Virus record (IMG/VR): IMGVR_UViG_3300043432_000485
Span: 64,001-128,000 of that record
Origin: a virus
Taxonomy: Duplodnaviria; Caudoviricetes
DNA length: 64,000 bases
Direction: 5' to 3' (one strand)
A program made the position numbers and the translations under genes. This document shows, one piece after another, positions 26,141 through 35,903 of the stretch; positions within the stretch are counted from its first letter, which is position 1, and each line of letters begins with the position of its first letter. The notes below the pieces were generated by a model, which saw only the letters and a list, made by a program, of their open reading frames with translations, searched no databases and had not been told where the DNA came from.

Positions 26141-27688
26141 TCATACGACTGAGAATCTTCGTTCCTGTCCGCTGGGGTCAGCGGCGAAGCGCGCCCGCAC
26201 CCCATCATCCACGTCCGGGTCATAGCCGATCCACTCCAAAGTCTCGTTGATCTCGGCCACCATGGTTTTCACGATTCGTGGCTTGCGCGCTAGCTCGGCC
26301 GTGAACAGTTCCTCATCGAGCCCGCCCTTTGGGTTCTTGTGGAAGCTGGCGGTCATCGCTGCCTTGACGCATTGCTCGATCTCGCGACCCACCAGAGACT
26401 TGGAAGTCTCAGCTAGGCTGTCCAGGTTGAAGCGAGAGGGCTCTTGCCCGCGCTTCTGGAGATGGATCTTCAGAATGTCGATGCGGTCCTCCTTCGAAGG
26501 CAGGTCGAAGAACCAGCGCTCATCCATGCGGTTCACGAATTCCACGGGGAGGGTCTTGAGGGAGTTGGCAGTCATGGCCATGCAAATCTGAGACTTGGTC
26601 TCCTGCATCCAGGTGGACAAAATACCAATCGCCCTGCTCGCGGTGCCAGCATCTGTGTGGGCGGAAGACTGTCCGCCTGACAAGCTCTTCTCCGCCTCAT
26701 CGATCCACACGATGCAAGGCGCCATAGCCTCTATGACCTTGATGGCCCGATACACGTTGCCCTCGGTATCACCTACACCAGAAGACCGTAGTTTCCCCAT
26801 CTCCAGCTGGATCACGGGGAGCCCCCAGACATTACCCAGCGTCTTGATGGACAGGGATTTTCCGGTGCCCCAGATCCCAACTGCCAAGATACCCTTGGGT
26901 GGCTCCAACCCGAATGCGCGGCCTTCCGAACTCCACGCCGCTTTGGTGAGCAAGGCCCATTCCTTGAAGCGAGAGATACCGCCGATCTCTTGGAATGAGT
27001 ACTCCGACGTATCGATGTACTTGACCAGATTCGTTTTTCTCAGCTGGCGGAATCGATAGGCAGCCAAGAGACGGGGGTCCGCCGACTTCACCTTCATGAA
27101 GGTCTGGATCATGGCGGTTTGAATCTCGAACGATGTCAGTCCCTGGAACAAGGCGTCCGGTTCCTTGGGGGCATCGATCTTGAGGGAGTCACATGTGCTG
27201 GTGACGATCTGGAGAATCTCGTCAGAGCTGAGGCTGGAATCCTGGATCACTTCCGTGTACCGGGTCAGCTTCTCCGGGATCTGTTGCCGGCTACCAACAC
27301 AGATCAGGATCTTCACCGTCTGCTCATCGTTGTGGGCCTGATGCATGATGTTCATGACCCGGCGCTGGACCTGCTCATCTTTCAACCACCGGTCAGGGTC
27401 CGTAATCACGTAGACCTTGCGCTCATGCGGGGTCTCATCCTTGTAGATGGAGATGAGAGCATCGTGGATGTTCACCGTCTTGTTGTCGGTGGGGTGTGCC
27501 TTCTTCTTCCAATCGTCAATCAGGTCAGTCAAAGGGAGCAGTCCGAACGCCGAGTTGTAAACCTTGGCATTCGCGACCTTTTCCTTCAGAGCGTCCCGCA
27601 GCTGCACAAGGAACCGATCTTCCTCCTCGGTGACGAAGTAGATGAGCCGGGTTACCGCTTTCAGATGGAATTTTAGCTCTGGGAACAT
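26141..27688 (-). CDS. Ycf46-like AAA+ ATPase
   Basis: Degenerate N-terminal AAA domain (TEEEDR); GIWGTGKS, IDEAEK and MTANS. Start MFPELK at 27688. Confidence 0.85.
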   Translation of the reverse strand: MFPELKFHLKAVTRLIYFVTEEEDRFLVQLRDALKEKVANAKVYNSAFGLLPLTDLIDDWKKKAHPTDNKTVNIHDALISIYKDETPHERKVYVITDPDRWLKDEQVQRRVMNIMHQAHNDEQTVKILICVGSRQQIPEKLTRYTEVIQDSSLSSDEILQIVTSTCDSLKIDAPKEPDALFQGLTSFEIQTAMIQTFMKVKSADPRLLAAYRFRQLRKTNLVKYIDTSEYSFQEIGGISRFKEWALLTKAAWSSEGRAFGLEPPKGILAVGIWGTGKSLSIKTLGNVWGLPVIQLEMGKLRSSGVGDTEGNVYRAIKVIEAMAPCIVWIDEAEKSLSGGQSSAHTDAGTASRAIGILSTWMQETKSQICMAMTANSLKTLPVEFVNRMDERWFFDLPSKEDRIDILKIHLQKRGQEPSRFNLDSLAETSKSLVGREIEQCVKAAMTASFHKNPKGGLDEELFTAELARKPRIVKTMVAEINETLEWIGYDPDVDDGVRARFAADPSGQERRFSVV

Positions 27689-27697
27689 ACTCATTAC

Positions 27698-27703
27698 TAC
27701 ACC
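27698..27703 (-). promoter_or_regulatory. GGTGTA element
   Basis: 9 nt before the ATG at 27688. Confidence 0.55.
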
Positions 27704-27707
27704 GAAG

Positions 27708-28244
27708 CTATCTGTTCTTGTGGCGGGCCAGATATTCAATTCCGGACTGCAGTACATGAGGATCCTCCTTGGCGGCCCCCAACATCAAATTACAATGTCG
27801 GTGAATCAACCCTCTCACGCACTTTCCACAAGATTTGGATTTATCGCCAGGGCAGCATTTTCTATTGTGATCCACGCAAACTGATTCAGGGCTCACTCCG
27901 CGATTCTCCATTGGTCGGTGGCAAGATGCACACAGTCCGCCTTGCTGCTCCCACATCTGGTCAAACTCTATGTGGTACCTGGCCCATAGCTCATTTCTTC
28001 TGGCACGATCTGGATTAGCAATTTTCCATGCCCTTCTTCTTGCCGAAAACTTCTCAGGGTTAGCGTCCCGCCATTTCTTCGACCTCAAGTTGTTCTTCTC
28101 TGTCTCCGCAGCTGCTCTAGCTATGTTGTCGGAGTTGGTGCACAACTTGCACATTGGCCTAGGAGCATTACCCCTTTTCTTCTGTAGATGAAAATCTGCT
28201 AGGGGCTTAGTCTCCTTACATTTGGTACATTCCTTGACGCTCAT
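27708..28244 (-). CDS. endonuclease VII-like homing endonuclease
   Basis: CTKC..C..C N-terminus; C.SC, VDHNRKCC..CGKCVRGL....CN.MLG. Confidence 0.85.
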   Translation of the reverse strand: MSVKECTKCKETKPLADFHLQKKRGNAPRPMCKLCTNSDNIARAAAETEKNNLRSKKWRDANPEKFSARRRAWKIANPDRARRNELWARYHIEFDQMWEQQGGLCASCHRPMENRGVSPESVCVDHNRKCCPGDKSKSCGKCVRGLIHRHCNLMLGAAKEDPHVLQSGIEYLARHKNR

Positions 28245-28319
28245 GTGATACGCGTTTGATAAAACGATTACGGGTGAGACTTTCGTCCCACCCGTAAGAA
28301 ACAGTGCTATATGGCCGAA

Positions 28320-28646
28320 TTAAGCCATGTGCCACATGAGAATGATGTTGCCCTCTTGATCCGTCTGGCGCTCGTCGATCATCACGCCCTGCTTGGCGCA
28401 CTCGCTCTTGACCACCGCCTCGGAGTAGTACTGGCGAAGCATGCCCAGAGACTCCTTGGTGTGGCCGTGGTCAGAGTCACCGGAGATCATGCCGGTGTTC
28501 AGGTTCAGCACCGCGTTGGCCAAAGCCCCCGACTTGAAGTAGATGCTGTTGCCTTGGACCTGGTGATCGATGCCAGCCATTTGCAGAGCATGGAGGGCGA
28601 TGGCCTTGTCCGTGATGTTGGTTTGATTGGTGATGCGTCGTGACAT
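28320..28646 (-). CDS. DUF1257 (Ycf35-like) protein
   Basis: MS....T.I.D...L..AL pattern, then YY....V..E...QG..I.E, typical of DUF1257; lies next to the Ycf46-like ATPase. Confidence 0.7.
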   Translation of the reverse strand: MSRRITNQTNITDKAIALHALQMAGIDHQVQGNSIYFKSGALANAVLNLNTGMISGDSDHGHTKESLGMLRQYYSEAVVKSECAKQGVMIDERQTDQEGNIILMWHMA

Positions 28647-28686
28647 AGCTGGTACCTTTTCTTTCAGTCGTTGGTTCTTGGGGTTG

Positions 28687-28860
28687 TTACTCTTGGAAGG
28701 TCTCGTGGACCGTATCGCAGTCCGGACCCGTTACGTCCTCGTTGGTCTGAGGACCGAGGTGCGTGGTGAGCTTGAAGACTTCCTTGCAGTCCCCGCCTTC
28801 ACGGTCGAGGACCTCCGTGACGACTTGCCCATCCTTCATGATCGTTGTTTTGCCCTTCAT
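28687..28860 (-). CDS. DUF2997-like small protein (57 aa, not in ORF track)
   Basis: MKGKTTIMKDGQVVTEVLDREGGDCKEVFKLTTHLGPQTNEDVTGPDCDTVHETFQE*; the I..DG.V..EV...G..C pattern, size and position fit DUF2997. Confidence 0.6.
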   Translation of the reverse strand: MKGKTTIMKDGQVVTEVLDREGGDCKEVFKLTTHLGPQTNEDVTGPDCDTVHETFQE

Positions 28861-28914
28861 GGTTTCATTCTCCGGTGAGTGGTTCGAGTAGCGTTCCTTC
28901 CTTACTACACCGAG

Positions 28915-29571
28915 TCAGGAGCCGATTTTGATCTTGGCCCCCGTTTTTACGACTTGAGCGTCTGGCACGGGGTGCGACAATGCTGGGGGAGGGGTAGCCC
29001 AGTCCTTGGCCGTGGGCTGCGCCGATTTGCCCCCTAGCATCTGGCCTTTTTTGACCGGCGTGTTGGTAGTCGCCAGCTGCGTTCTTGGGGCCAATGGCTC
29101 CTGAGGGACAGGGGGCTGAGGGGGCTCGGGTTGGGCCGCGGGCTCCGGCGCAACCACTACAGGGGGAGGGACAGGCGTCGAGACCGCCGCCGGTAAGCTC
29201 CGCGGCACCTGTATCATGGGTTTGGCTTCTAGATCCCGGGGATCTACCCAAGCGCTGGCCGTGCCAGGAGACACGGGATCGATGAGCAAGAAACGCTGCC
29301 CAGCAATCTTGCCGAACCTCTCGTCATCTGGCAACATTCTCGGCACCTTGGTGAACAGGCGTTCATGCCAATTCTGAACCCGGTCCTCGAAGCGCGTCTT
29401 GCCGTACATGCTTCGAGTGCAATCAGGGTTGACGCAGCGGGAGCAACACTCGCTCCGGAAGAGTTCTTCCGGAGCCTGCCCTAGGTTGCACTCCGCATAG
29501 AGATCAAGCTGACGCCGAGTCATTTTCCAAATCCGATAGGCACAAGAGATTCCGCTCAACCAGCTGTTCAA
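28915..29571 (-). CDS. Cys-rich / Pro-rich hypothetical protein
   Basis: ECCSRCVNPDC followed by a Pro-rich tail; TTG start after AAGGAG. Confidence 0.6.
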   Translation of the reverse strand: MNSWLSGISCAYRIWKMTRRQLDLYAECNLGQAPEELFRSECCSRCVNPDCTRSMYGKTRFEDRVQNWHERLFTKVPRMLPDDERFGKIAGQRFLLIDPVSPGTASAWVDPRDLEAKPMIQVPRSLPAAVSTPVPPPVVVAPEPAAQPEPPQPPVPQEPLAPRTQLATTNTPVKKGQMLGGKSAQPTAKDWATPPPALSHPVPDAQVVKTGAKIKIGS

Positions 29572-32482
29572 TGAGTTTCTCCTTAACCACCGGAAAGCGG
29601 CCAGGCTCGATCAGGGTCACGTTCCCCACCACGTCGGTTATGTGCAAGTCGTAACCCTCGTCATTATCAATACAATCTATAATGATTCTGCATACTTGCT
29701 CGGCAGTGTGGTCGTTGAGCTTTTCCAGCCGGAGCTTCAGCACGCGGGGGTTCTGCTTGGCTCTTTGGGCCGCAGAGGTGGGCGGGCTGCTGGGCTGGCG
29801 CTGCACGACTGGCGCTGGGGAAGCCGCCACCGACTCTTTGCTCGGGGGTAGAATCGAGGTAGGCGGGACATCTCTAGGCGTTCCGCCACTCGGTTCTGTT
29901 GGAGAAGGGGTAGAGTTGGCCGAGACTACCCAGGGGGCGTCGATGATCCTGAAGACCTGCTTGGTTTCACCCTTGGACACAACCTCCTGGATGATCTCGT
30001 TCTGATCGAGGTTCTCTACGATCTCGTCCTTTTTGTTCGTCTTGGGCTTGCGAGTGAGGCTGTAGATGAAGCCGTTCATCAGAACCTCGTGCTCCTTGGG
30101 CACCTGGTCCTTGTGGGCACGCTCGGCCTTGTACCCGCTGGCCCAGTTGAACCCCACCAAGGGCTCAACCACAAGCGGCACCTGCCATTTCGGATTCTGT
30201 GGAATGCGCCACGGGGACTCCATGATGTCCACGATGATGGGCACCGCCTCAGCTACGCGATCGTTCCGAATCTCGAACACGATTTCATCGTGCACGCACA
30301 GAAGCATGCGCACCGAGTCATCCCCGCCATTGCGAAGCCAACCCATCTTATGGAACTTCTTGTGCAGCAACACCATGCTGATCTTCAGGATGTCTGCACC
30401 GGCACCCTGGATTGGGTAGTTGGTCGAGTAGCGCTCGCACGCCGAACGAACGGCGCCGTCCGGGCTGTTTGCATCCGGAATCGCCAACCAGCGCTTGAAC
30501 GCAGTGGTGACCCCGAGGTCCTCCTTGACCTTCTTGTGCTGGCGCTTGGACCACTCTATGAAGGTGGGAACTGACTTGTCGAAACCCTGCTTCCTGCGCT
30601 TGCCCTCCAGCTCATCGCAACCGGTGTTTCGCATGACTGCCTTGGGGCCACCGCCATAGATGAGCAAGAAGTTGACGATCTTGCCGACGTTACGTTCCTC
30701 TTTGCTCAGCTCCTGTTTACCGAAGATGCTGCGCCCAGTGATGGTGTGCAGGTCACCGGTGCCGTGCAGGAACTCCTTGATCCACACCTGCTCGTCAGAT
30801 ACGTTGGCTGCGATTCGCAGCTCTTCGGCCGCGTAGTCCGCCTTGACGATCGTGTATCCAGTGCGACCCACGAAACTACGGCGGACTTCCGAATCCCCTG
30901 GGATACCGTGAATCGGGATGCCGGAGTAGCCATGGTCAGGCTTGCCACCTGGGGCTGAAAACCGGCCGCTGCCTGCACCGGTCTGCTTGAAGGAAAACCG
31001 AAGCTCATCGTTCTCATCCGGATTGTTCACCAATCCCAGCAAGTACGTCCCGATGAACTTCTCCGCCTCGCGATACTCCACGATGTCCTTCAAGATCGTC
31101 GGAGCGTTCGGCAACTTGGCCAACCCTGACAGTGTATCGCCGTCGGTCTTGAATTGCTGACTAGCCTCATTCCTCTCAGGCTTCGGGCGCAAGTCCAATC
31201 CTTTGGGCAGGTCTCCGAACAGGAACTCCCCGAGCTGCTTGGGGCTGTTCGGGTCCAGGTCGGTCAAACCACGCTCTTCCAGCGCGAACTTGCGAATGCG
31301 CTCCAACAGGTCAGCCTTGAGGGCTTCCTTCTCTAGCAGGATCTCTCTGACCTTGTCCCGGGCGATCCGTACGCGGCTGCGCTCCATCGGACGCAGTGCG
31401 CATGCCACCTGCTTCTCTAGCCGGTACGTGAACGAGAACTTGTTCTTGTGGCATTCTGCAACGATGTTAGGAAGCTTGCACAAGAGGTAGGTGCAGATAG
31501 CGTCTGAACCTGCGTAGCGCAGAACGCCGGGCTCGTCCGGAGCGAGTTTGTCAAATCGAATCTCCCTGGACTTGCCGAAGAACAGCTCCTTCAACTCGAT
31601 CATTTCATATGGGTTGCCGTCCTTGTCCCGCAAGAACTGCTTGGCCTTGGGCTTCAAGCCGATGCCCTTGTCACCAGCGTTTATCACGAAGCTGGCGAGC
31701 ATCCCGCACTCGAAGGATTCCGGGTGCCACCAATCAATGCCAGTGACAGGATAGAGGAACTCCTGGTCAAACTGAGCGTTCCAGAAGTAGATCACGAGCT
31801 TGGGCGGAGAGCACTTGTACGATAGGGCGTCTTTGTCCTTGTCGTCTTGAGTACCCTCAGGGATCGCGGCATGGCACAACCTAGAGATGGCTTGCTCTAC
31901 TTCCGCCAAAGGACCCACGTTGAGATCCGGGTAACCATCATTGGGCTTATGCCGGATCGGGATGTAGAACCCGGTGTGCCCGTCGTAGGAAATACAGAAC
32001 CCGACGATCTTGTCCACGGTGTCGGGGGAACCGTCCTCGCGATAGATGATACGGTTGTCCAGGCCGGTGCACTCCAAGTCTAGGGAGCACGACCCACGCT
32101 TGATGCACTCGTCCACGATCTCGTTCACCTCAGCCACTGAAGTAACCAGGCGGAACTCGTGATGCACCATCCACGGCTTGGAGATGTCCGGGACTTGACG
32201 GTCCCGCTTCATGCCGGAATTTTCCAAAAAGTCGAGGGGGTCGTCGCCGTCATCCTCAACGATGGCTTTCACCATTGCAACAGGAGCCACTGGGCTCATG
32301 GCTTCCTCGAAAGCCTCCACGGGGTCTTCGTTGATGTCTGTGCCGTCAGGATAGGAATCAGGTTCTGGGGTTGGTTCGGCCGCCACCACAGCAGCTGGCA
32401 TGGCGGCAGGAGCAGCCGGCTCATCTTTGCCGAACATGTCTAGAAACGCGTCAAGATCTTCTTCTTCGTTCTGTTGGCTCAT
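29504..32482 (-). CDS. polA: DNA polymerase family A with 3'-5' exonuclease
   Basis: Exo motifs DLECTG, NAQFD and YAGSD; pol motifs ADYAAEELR, RNVGKIVNFLLIYGGG, NYPIQGAGAD and VHDEIV. Start MSQQNEE at 32482. Confidence 0.95.
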   Translation of the reverse strand: MSQQNEEEDLDAFLDMFGKDEPAAPAAMPAAVVAAEPTPEPDSYPDGTDINEDPVEAFEEAMSPVAPVAMVKAIVEDDGDDPLDFLENSGMKRDRQVPDISKPWMVHHEFRLVTSVAEVNEIVDECIKRGSCSLDLECTGLDNRIIYREDGSPDTVDKIVGFCISYDGHTGFYIPIRHKPNDGYPDLNVGPLAEVEQAISRLCHAAIPEGTQDDKDKDALSYKCSPPKLVIYFWNAQFDQEFLYPVTGIDWWHPESFECGMLASFVINAGDKGIGLKPKAKQFLRDKDGNPYEMIELKELFFGKSREIRFDKLAPDEPGVLRYAGSDAICTYLLCKLPNIVAECHKNKFSFTYRLEKQVACALRPMERSRVRIARDKVREILLEKEALKADLLERIRKFALEERGLTDLDPNSPKQLGEFLFGDLPKGLDLRPKPERNEASQQFKTDGDTLSGLAKLPNAPTILKDIVEYREAEKFIGTYLLGLVNNPDENDELRFSFKQTGAGSGRFSAPGGKPDHGYSGIPIHGIPGDSEVRRSFVGRTGYTIVKADYAAEELRIAANVSDEQVWIKEFLHGTGDLHTITGRSIFGKQELSKEERNVGKIVNFLLIYGGGPKAVMRNTGCDELEGKRRKQGFDKSVPTFIEWSKRQHKKVKEDLGVTTAFKRWLAIPDANSPDGAVRSACERYSTNYPIQGAGADILKISMVLLHKKFHKMGWLRNGGDDSVRMLLCVHDEIVFEIRNDRVAEAVPIIVDIMESPWRIPQNPKWQVPLVVEPLVGFNWASGYKAERAHKDQVPKEHEVLMNGFIYSLTRKPKTNKKDEIVENLDQNEIIQEVVSKGETKQVFRIIDAPWVVSANSTPSPTEPSGGTPRDVPPTSILPPSKESVAASPAPVVQRQPSSPPTSAAQRAKQNPRVLKLRLEKLNDHTAEQVCRIIIDCIDNDEGYDLHITDVVGNVTLIEPGRFPVVKEKLIEQLVERNLLCLSDLENDSASA

Positions 32483-32889
32483 GGTTCCCTTACGACAACT
32501 ACGTACACCTCGGAGCGCCAGAGTTTGACGATCTCCGCAGCCATTTGTCCGGGCTCGAACCCAGTGGGTTCGAAGCACCAAGGCATCTTCTTGGAGAAGG
32601 GGCTGCAGTCCTTTCTGTCAAACATCGAGCACGTTTTTTCGTGGGCGCAATGGCGTGCTGCTTGAGGCATTAGCAGCAGCTTCCCCTTTGGGGGCGGTCC
32701 CAACTGGTCAACCAATGGCTTGGTCCAACCGCTTAGGGCGTGGTCCATAACCTCTTTAGTGACTGAGGGGATGTCCATCACCCCTTGCAGTCCACGCCAC
32801 TCTTCCTCCCATTCTCCCGCCACTTCGTAGATCAGATAGAGCTGAATCGTGCCCATCTCCCGACTAGGGATTTGCAGTCGTCTTGGCAC
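32479..32889 (-). CDS. Cys-containing hypothetical protein
   Basis: 136 aa between the primase fragment and the polymerase. Confidence 0.6.
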   Translation of the reverse strand: MPRRLQIPSREMGTIQLYLIYEVAGEWEEEWRGLQGVMDIPSVTKEVMDHALSGWTKPLVDQLGPPPKGKLLLMPQAARHCAHEKTCSMFDRKDCSPFSKKMPWCFEPTGFEPGQMAAEIVKLWRSEVYVVVVREP

Positions 32890-33529
32890 GTGCCCTCCTC
32901 ATCAATCCATCCGGAGAGATCTTCTCAGACATCTTGCTCAGCACCATGGTCAATCGTTCCTTGGCCACCGGAAGAGGCAGCGCTCCTCGGGCAAGCTTGT
33001 ACCTCGTCTGATCCAGGATGGCCCCAAACTTCAGGTGAGCCTGCAGTTCAAACTTGTCCCTATACTCGCGGAGCCTGCTCTCACACAGATTGAGCATGGA
33101 ATCAACCTCATCCTTCAACGGGTCGTACGGATCCTCCATGTCCGGAATCATGCTTGGCTCAGGTGGAGTGAGCCCGAAAGAGCGCTCAATCTGAAACAGG
33201 ATGTCGGAGAACTTGGTGGTGCCAGTGAACTTCTTCCAAAGCCCTATGACATCCCAGCGTTCCCTGCAGACGTAGCACCATACATGGGAAGGGCTGTTCC
33301 CGTCTTCAGGGTAGTACTTGGCGCTCGGCTTCTTGTCTGTGCCATGGAATGGGCAAGAGATCTGCTCCTGCTGATTCCCGCTCTTACGCAGCGTGACTCC
33401 ATTTTTGGCTAGGATGTCCCCTGCAGTCAGCTGACTGTTGATGTGCTGTTTGCGGGCGTCCATCCAGGCCCTGAACCCGGAAGACCGCGCATCTGCATTC
33501 CCGATCTCTTTTGCGTAGTCACGAGCCAT
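32864..33529 (-). CDS. primase zinc-binding (CHC2) domain protein lacking TOPRIM
   Basis: SCPFH..DKKPS...WCYVC; the helical remainder has no TOPRIM DxD. Confidence 0.8.
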   Translation of the reverse strand: MARDYAKEIGNADARSSGFRAWMDARKQHINSQLTAGDILAKNGVTLRKSGNQQEQISCPFHGTDKKPSAKYYPEDGNSPSHVWCYVCRERWDVIGLWKKFTGTTKFSDILFQIERSFGLTPPEPSMIPDMEDPYDPLKDEVDSMLNLCESRLREYRDKFELQAHLKFGAILDQTRYKLARGALPLPVAKERLTMVLSKMSEKISPDGLMRRARAKTTANP

Positions 33530-33531
33530 TT

Positions 33532-35016
33532 TCAGAGCTGGAGAGCATCCATGTTATCCATGTTGTTTAGGAACTGATCGCAAGCATCCACGCTGAAGCC
33601 CTGTGGCTCGGATCGCTTGCCCGAGGCAATCCGACGTGGAGCCCAGTGCACATGGGCTTCGAACGGTTCGAATGCAGCGTTGTCACGGTTCTTCAGGTTC
33701 GAGAACTTGAGACGCCCCGAGTCCTTCAGCTCCTTGTTGAAGTAGGCAGCAGTGATCACATCCGCATCCTTCTCCGCGGAGTTAGCCCAGGACAGAGCGT
33801 TCATCTGGTAGATGCCGTCATTCTTGTCAGCTTCCTCTTTGCCGCTACGATTCGTCTGGAACAGCATCAGCACCGGCACCATCGCTCCCTTGTTGAAGTG
33901 GAGGGCCAGTTGCTTTGATGCGGTGATGATCGAGTTCATCTTGACCACGTGACTAGTGTCCTTGGACTCGGGGGTAACTAGCAAGCCGTAGTCGATGATC
34001 ACCATCCCCACCTCGAACTCCCTATTGAGAAGCTCCAGATTGGTCTTGATGTCTGACATCGTCCAACCCCTGTCCGGTATCACCAACTCATAGGTGCCGT
34101 ACGTGGGGTTGTTCTTGAAGTCCGGGCATACCACTTGAGTGTAGAATTTCTTCTGCTCGGGAGTCAGCTTGCCATCACGGATGTCACGATAGTCGAGGGG
34201 CTGGTATCCCTGAGCAAAGAACTTGGCATTAGCCGTGTGCAGGGCGTAGGCATTACGACGCATGATCGGCCGTGTCATTTCCAAGCTGATGAACACGATG
34301 TTGGTCTTGAACCTGGTGACCGCATTGTACGCCCAGTTGTTCGCGAACATCGTCTTACCGTGACTCGGAAAGGCGGCGTGAATCCACAACTCCCCCTTCT
34401 TGATGCCCTTGCACGCATCATCGATCTCGTTGATGCCACAGAGCACGCCGTACGAGCTACCCGGATCCGCTTCAGTCTTTTCGTACTCAGCCACCATCAG
34501 ATCTGCATCCTGTCGAATGTCTCCGTTCACCTGATCCCCTTGTTCCGGGATGAGGATCTCCTGTGACTTGCGATGAAAGTGCAGCACTGCCGCTTCAGCG
34601 CCTTTGACCACTTCCCCCGTCTTCTCGTCTTTGATCCCCTTGGTCAAGATCTCGTTGAACTCCTTCATAGCGACCCGGAGCTTCAAGCTGGCTTGCTCCT
34701 CCTGGATCGTCTTGAGGAGGTGCACGAAGTTCGTGCGTGCATACGGGCGCTCAGCCGAAATGTCATTGAGTCTCTCGATTGCCTCGATGCCATTGATGCT
34801 CTGGAAGTAGTCCTGCACCGACTGGGCCGATGGCATGTCGAAGTGCTGAGAGAAGAACCCTAACGCGAAGTTGTACAAGCTCTCATCATCGGGCCGTCCC
34901 CACTCCAAACGTCCAGCATCCACAGACCGGCGGAGCAGCTGAAAGTTACGAATGAGGTTCTCCGGGGACACCTCCTGATCGAACTCGATGATGGACCGCA
35001 AAAGACGCTTAATCAT
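33532..35016 (-). CDS. dnaB: DnaB-like replicative helicase
   Basis: AFPSHGKT, FISLEM, IIDY, LFQTNR, AEKDADV and KNRD. Confidence 0.9.
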   Translation of the reverse strand: MIKRLLRSIIEFDQEVSPENLIRNFQLLRRSVDAGRLEWGRPDDESLYNFALGFFSQHFDMPSAQSVQDYFQSINGIEAIERLNDISAERPYARTNFVHLLKTIQEEQASLKLRVAMKEFNEILTKGIKDEKTGEVVKGAEAAVLHFHRKSQEILIPEQGDQVNGDIRQDADLMVAEYEKTEADPGSSYGVLCGINEIDDACKGIKKGELWIHAAFPSHGKTMFANNWAYNAVTRFKTNIVFISLEMTRPIMRRNAYALHTANAKFFAQGYQPLDYRDIRDGKLTPEQKKFYTQVVCPDFKNNPTYGTYELVIPDRGWTMSDIKTNLELLNREFEVGMVIIDYGLLVTPESKDTSHVVKMNSIITASKQLALHFNKGAMVPVLMLFQTNRSGKEEADKNDGIYQMNALSWANSAEKDADVITAAYFNKELKDSGRLKFSNLKNRDNAAFEPFEAHVHWAPRRIASGKRSEPQGFSVDACDQFLNNMDNMDALQL

Positions 35017-35018
35017 GC

Positions 35019-35903
35019 TCAGTCCTCATCCATGCTGGGCAGAGAGGTTCTGGTTGGAGCCCGGCCTCCCCACGCCCTCTTGTTGTACGACTTGCGGGGC
35101 TTGGACGTTGGGAACCGGGGCTTCACTTCGGTAACGGTGGTAGTCAGCTTTTCCGGACCATCGTCCATGGACACTGCCCCCTCCTCGAAGATCCTAGCCA
35201 CCTCTTGAGTCTCCTTCTGGTTCTGAGCCACTTCTTCAGCGTCCGTACCCAGATCGATGACTTCAAACTCGGAGTCAATGTAGTTTCCAAGGTCGTAGCT
35301 ATACGCCTGATGGCCGTCTCCGAAAGTGGTACCACTTTCAGCAATCCAGACCGGCTTACTGAAGGCTTCCCGCACCATCAACGCTTGTTGCAGCACCCCT
35401 GCCATCGCCTTGTTCTTAGTAGTGAGCATACCTAGCCGGATGATCAACAGGGTGGGGTGAGAGACCAGGTCATCAAGACTGTTGTTCGTCTCAACCTCGT
35501 CGCGCTGACTCGCCGACCTCGCTTTGTAGGACTCCTTGCCGAGCCACACATCCAGCAGCCGAGCATCACCGACGATCTTGTATGTGAACCCTGGATTGGC
35601 CATTCTTTTACCGGTCAGCACCCAACGAAGATGCCGACACAGCACGGACCAACTGCCTTTGATGAAGAGATTCTCGGTGGTACGGTCACCGATCTCCTCC
35701 CCGTGTTCGTTGAAAGAGGGCATATACAGGTCACTCTTGATGTGCCGAGAGAAAAAGATCTCCGCACCCAGGTAGTCCTGATGACGCTTACGCTCCAAGC
35801 AAGAGCATGGGATAGGGACTACCCGATCTCCCTCCAGCTTGTACGACCATTGTGCGCCATGGCACTTCTGGCACCCGGATTTACTTGGCTTCTGTTCGGT
35901 CAC
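35019..35903 (-). CDS. DnaC/DnaI-like helicase loader, apparently inactivated ATPase
   Basis: CxxC..CxC N-terminus; NLFIKGSWS at the Walker A position and LLIIRLG at the Walker B position; next to dnaB. Confidence 0.55.
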   Translation of the reverse strand: MTEQKPSKSGCQKCHGAQWSYKLEGDRVVPIPCSCLERKRHQDYLGAEIFFSRHIKSDLYMPSFNEHGEEIGDRTTENLFIKGSWSVLCRHLRWVLTGKRMANPGFTYKIVGDARLLDVWLGKESYKARSASQRDEVETNNSLDDLVSHPTLLIIRLGMLTTKNKAMAGVLQQALMVREAFSKPVWIAESGTTFGDGHQAYSYDLGNYIDSEFEVIDLGTDAEEVAQNQKETQEVARIFEEGAVSMDDGPEKLTTTVTEVKPRFPTSKPRKSYNKRAWGGRAPTRTSLPSMDED

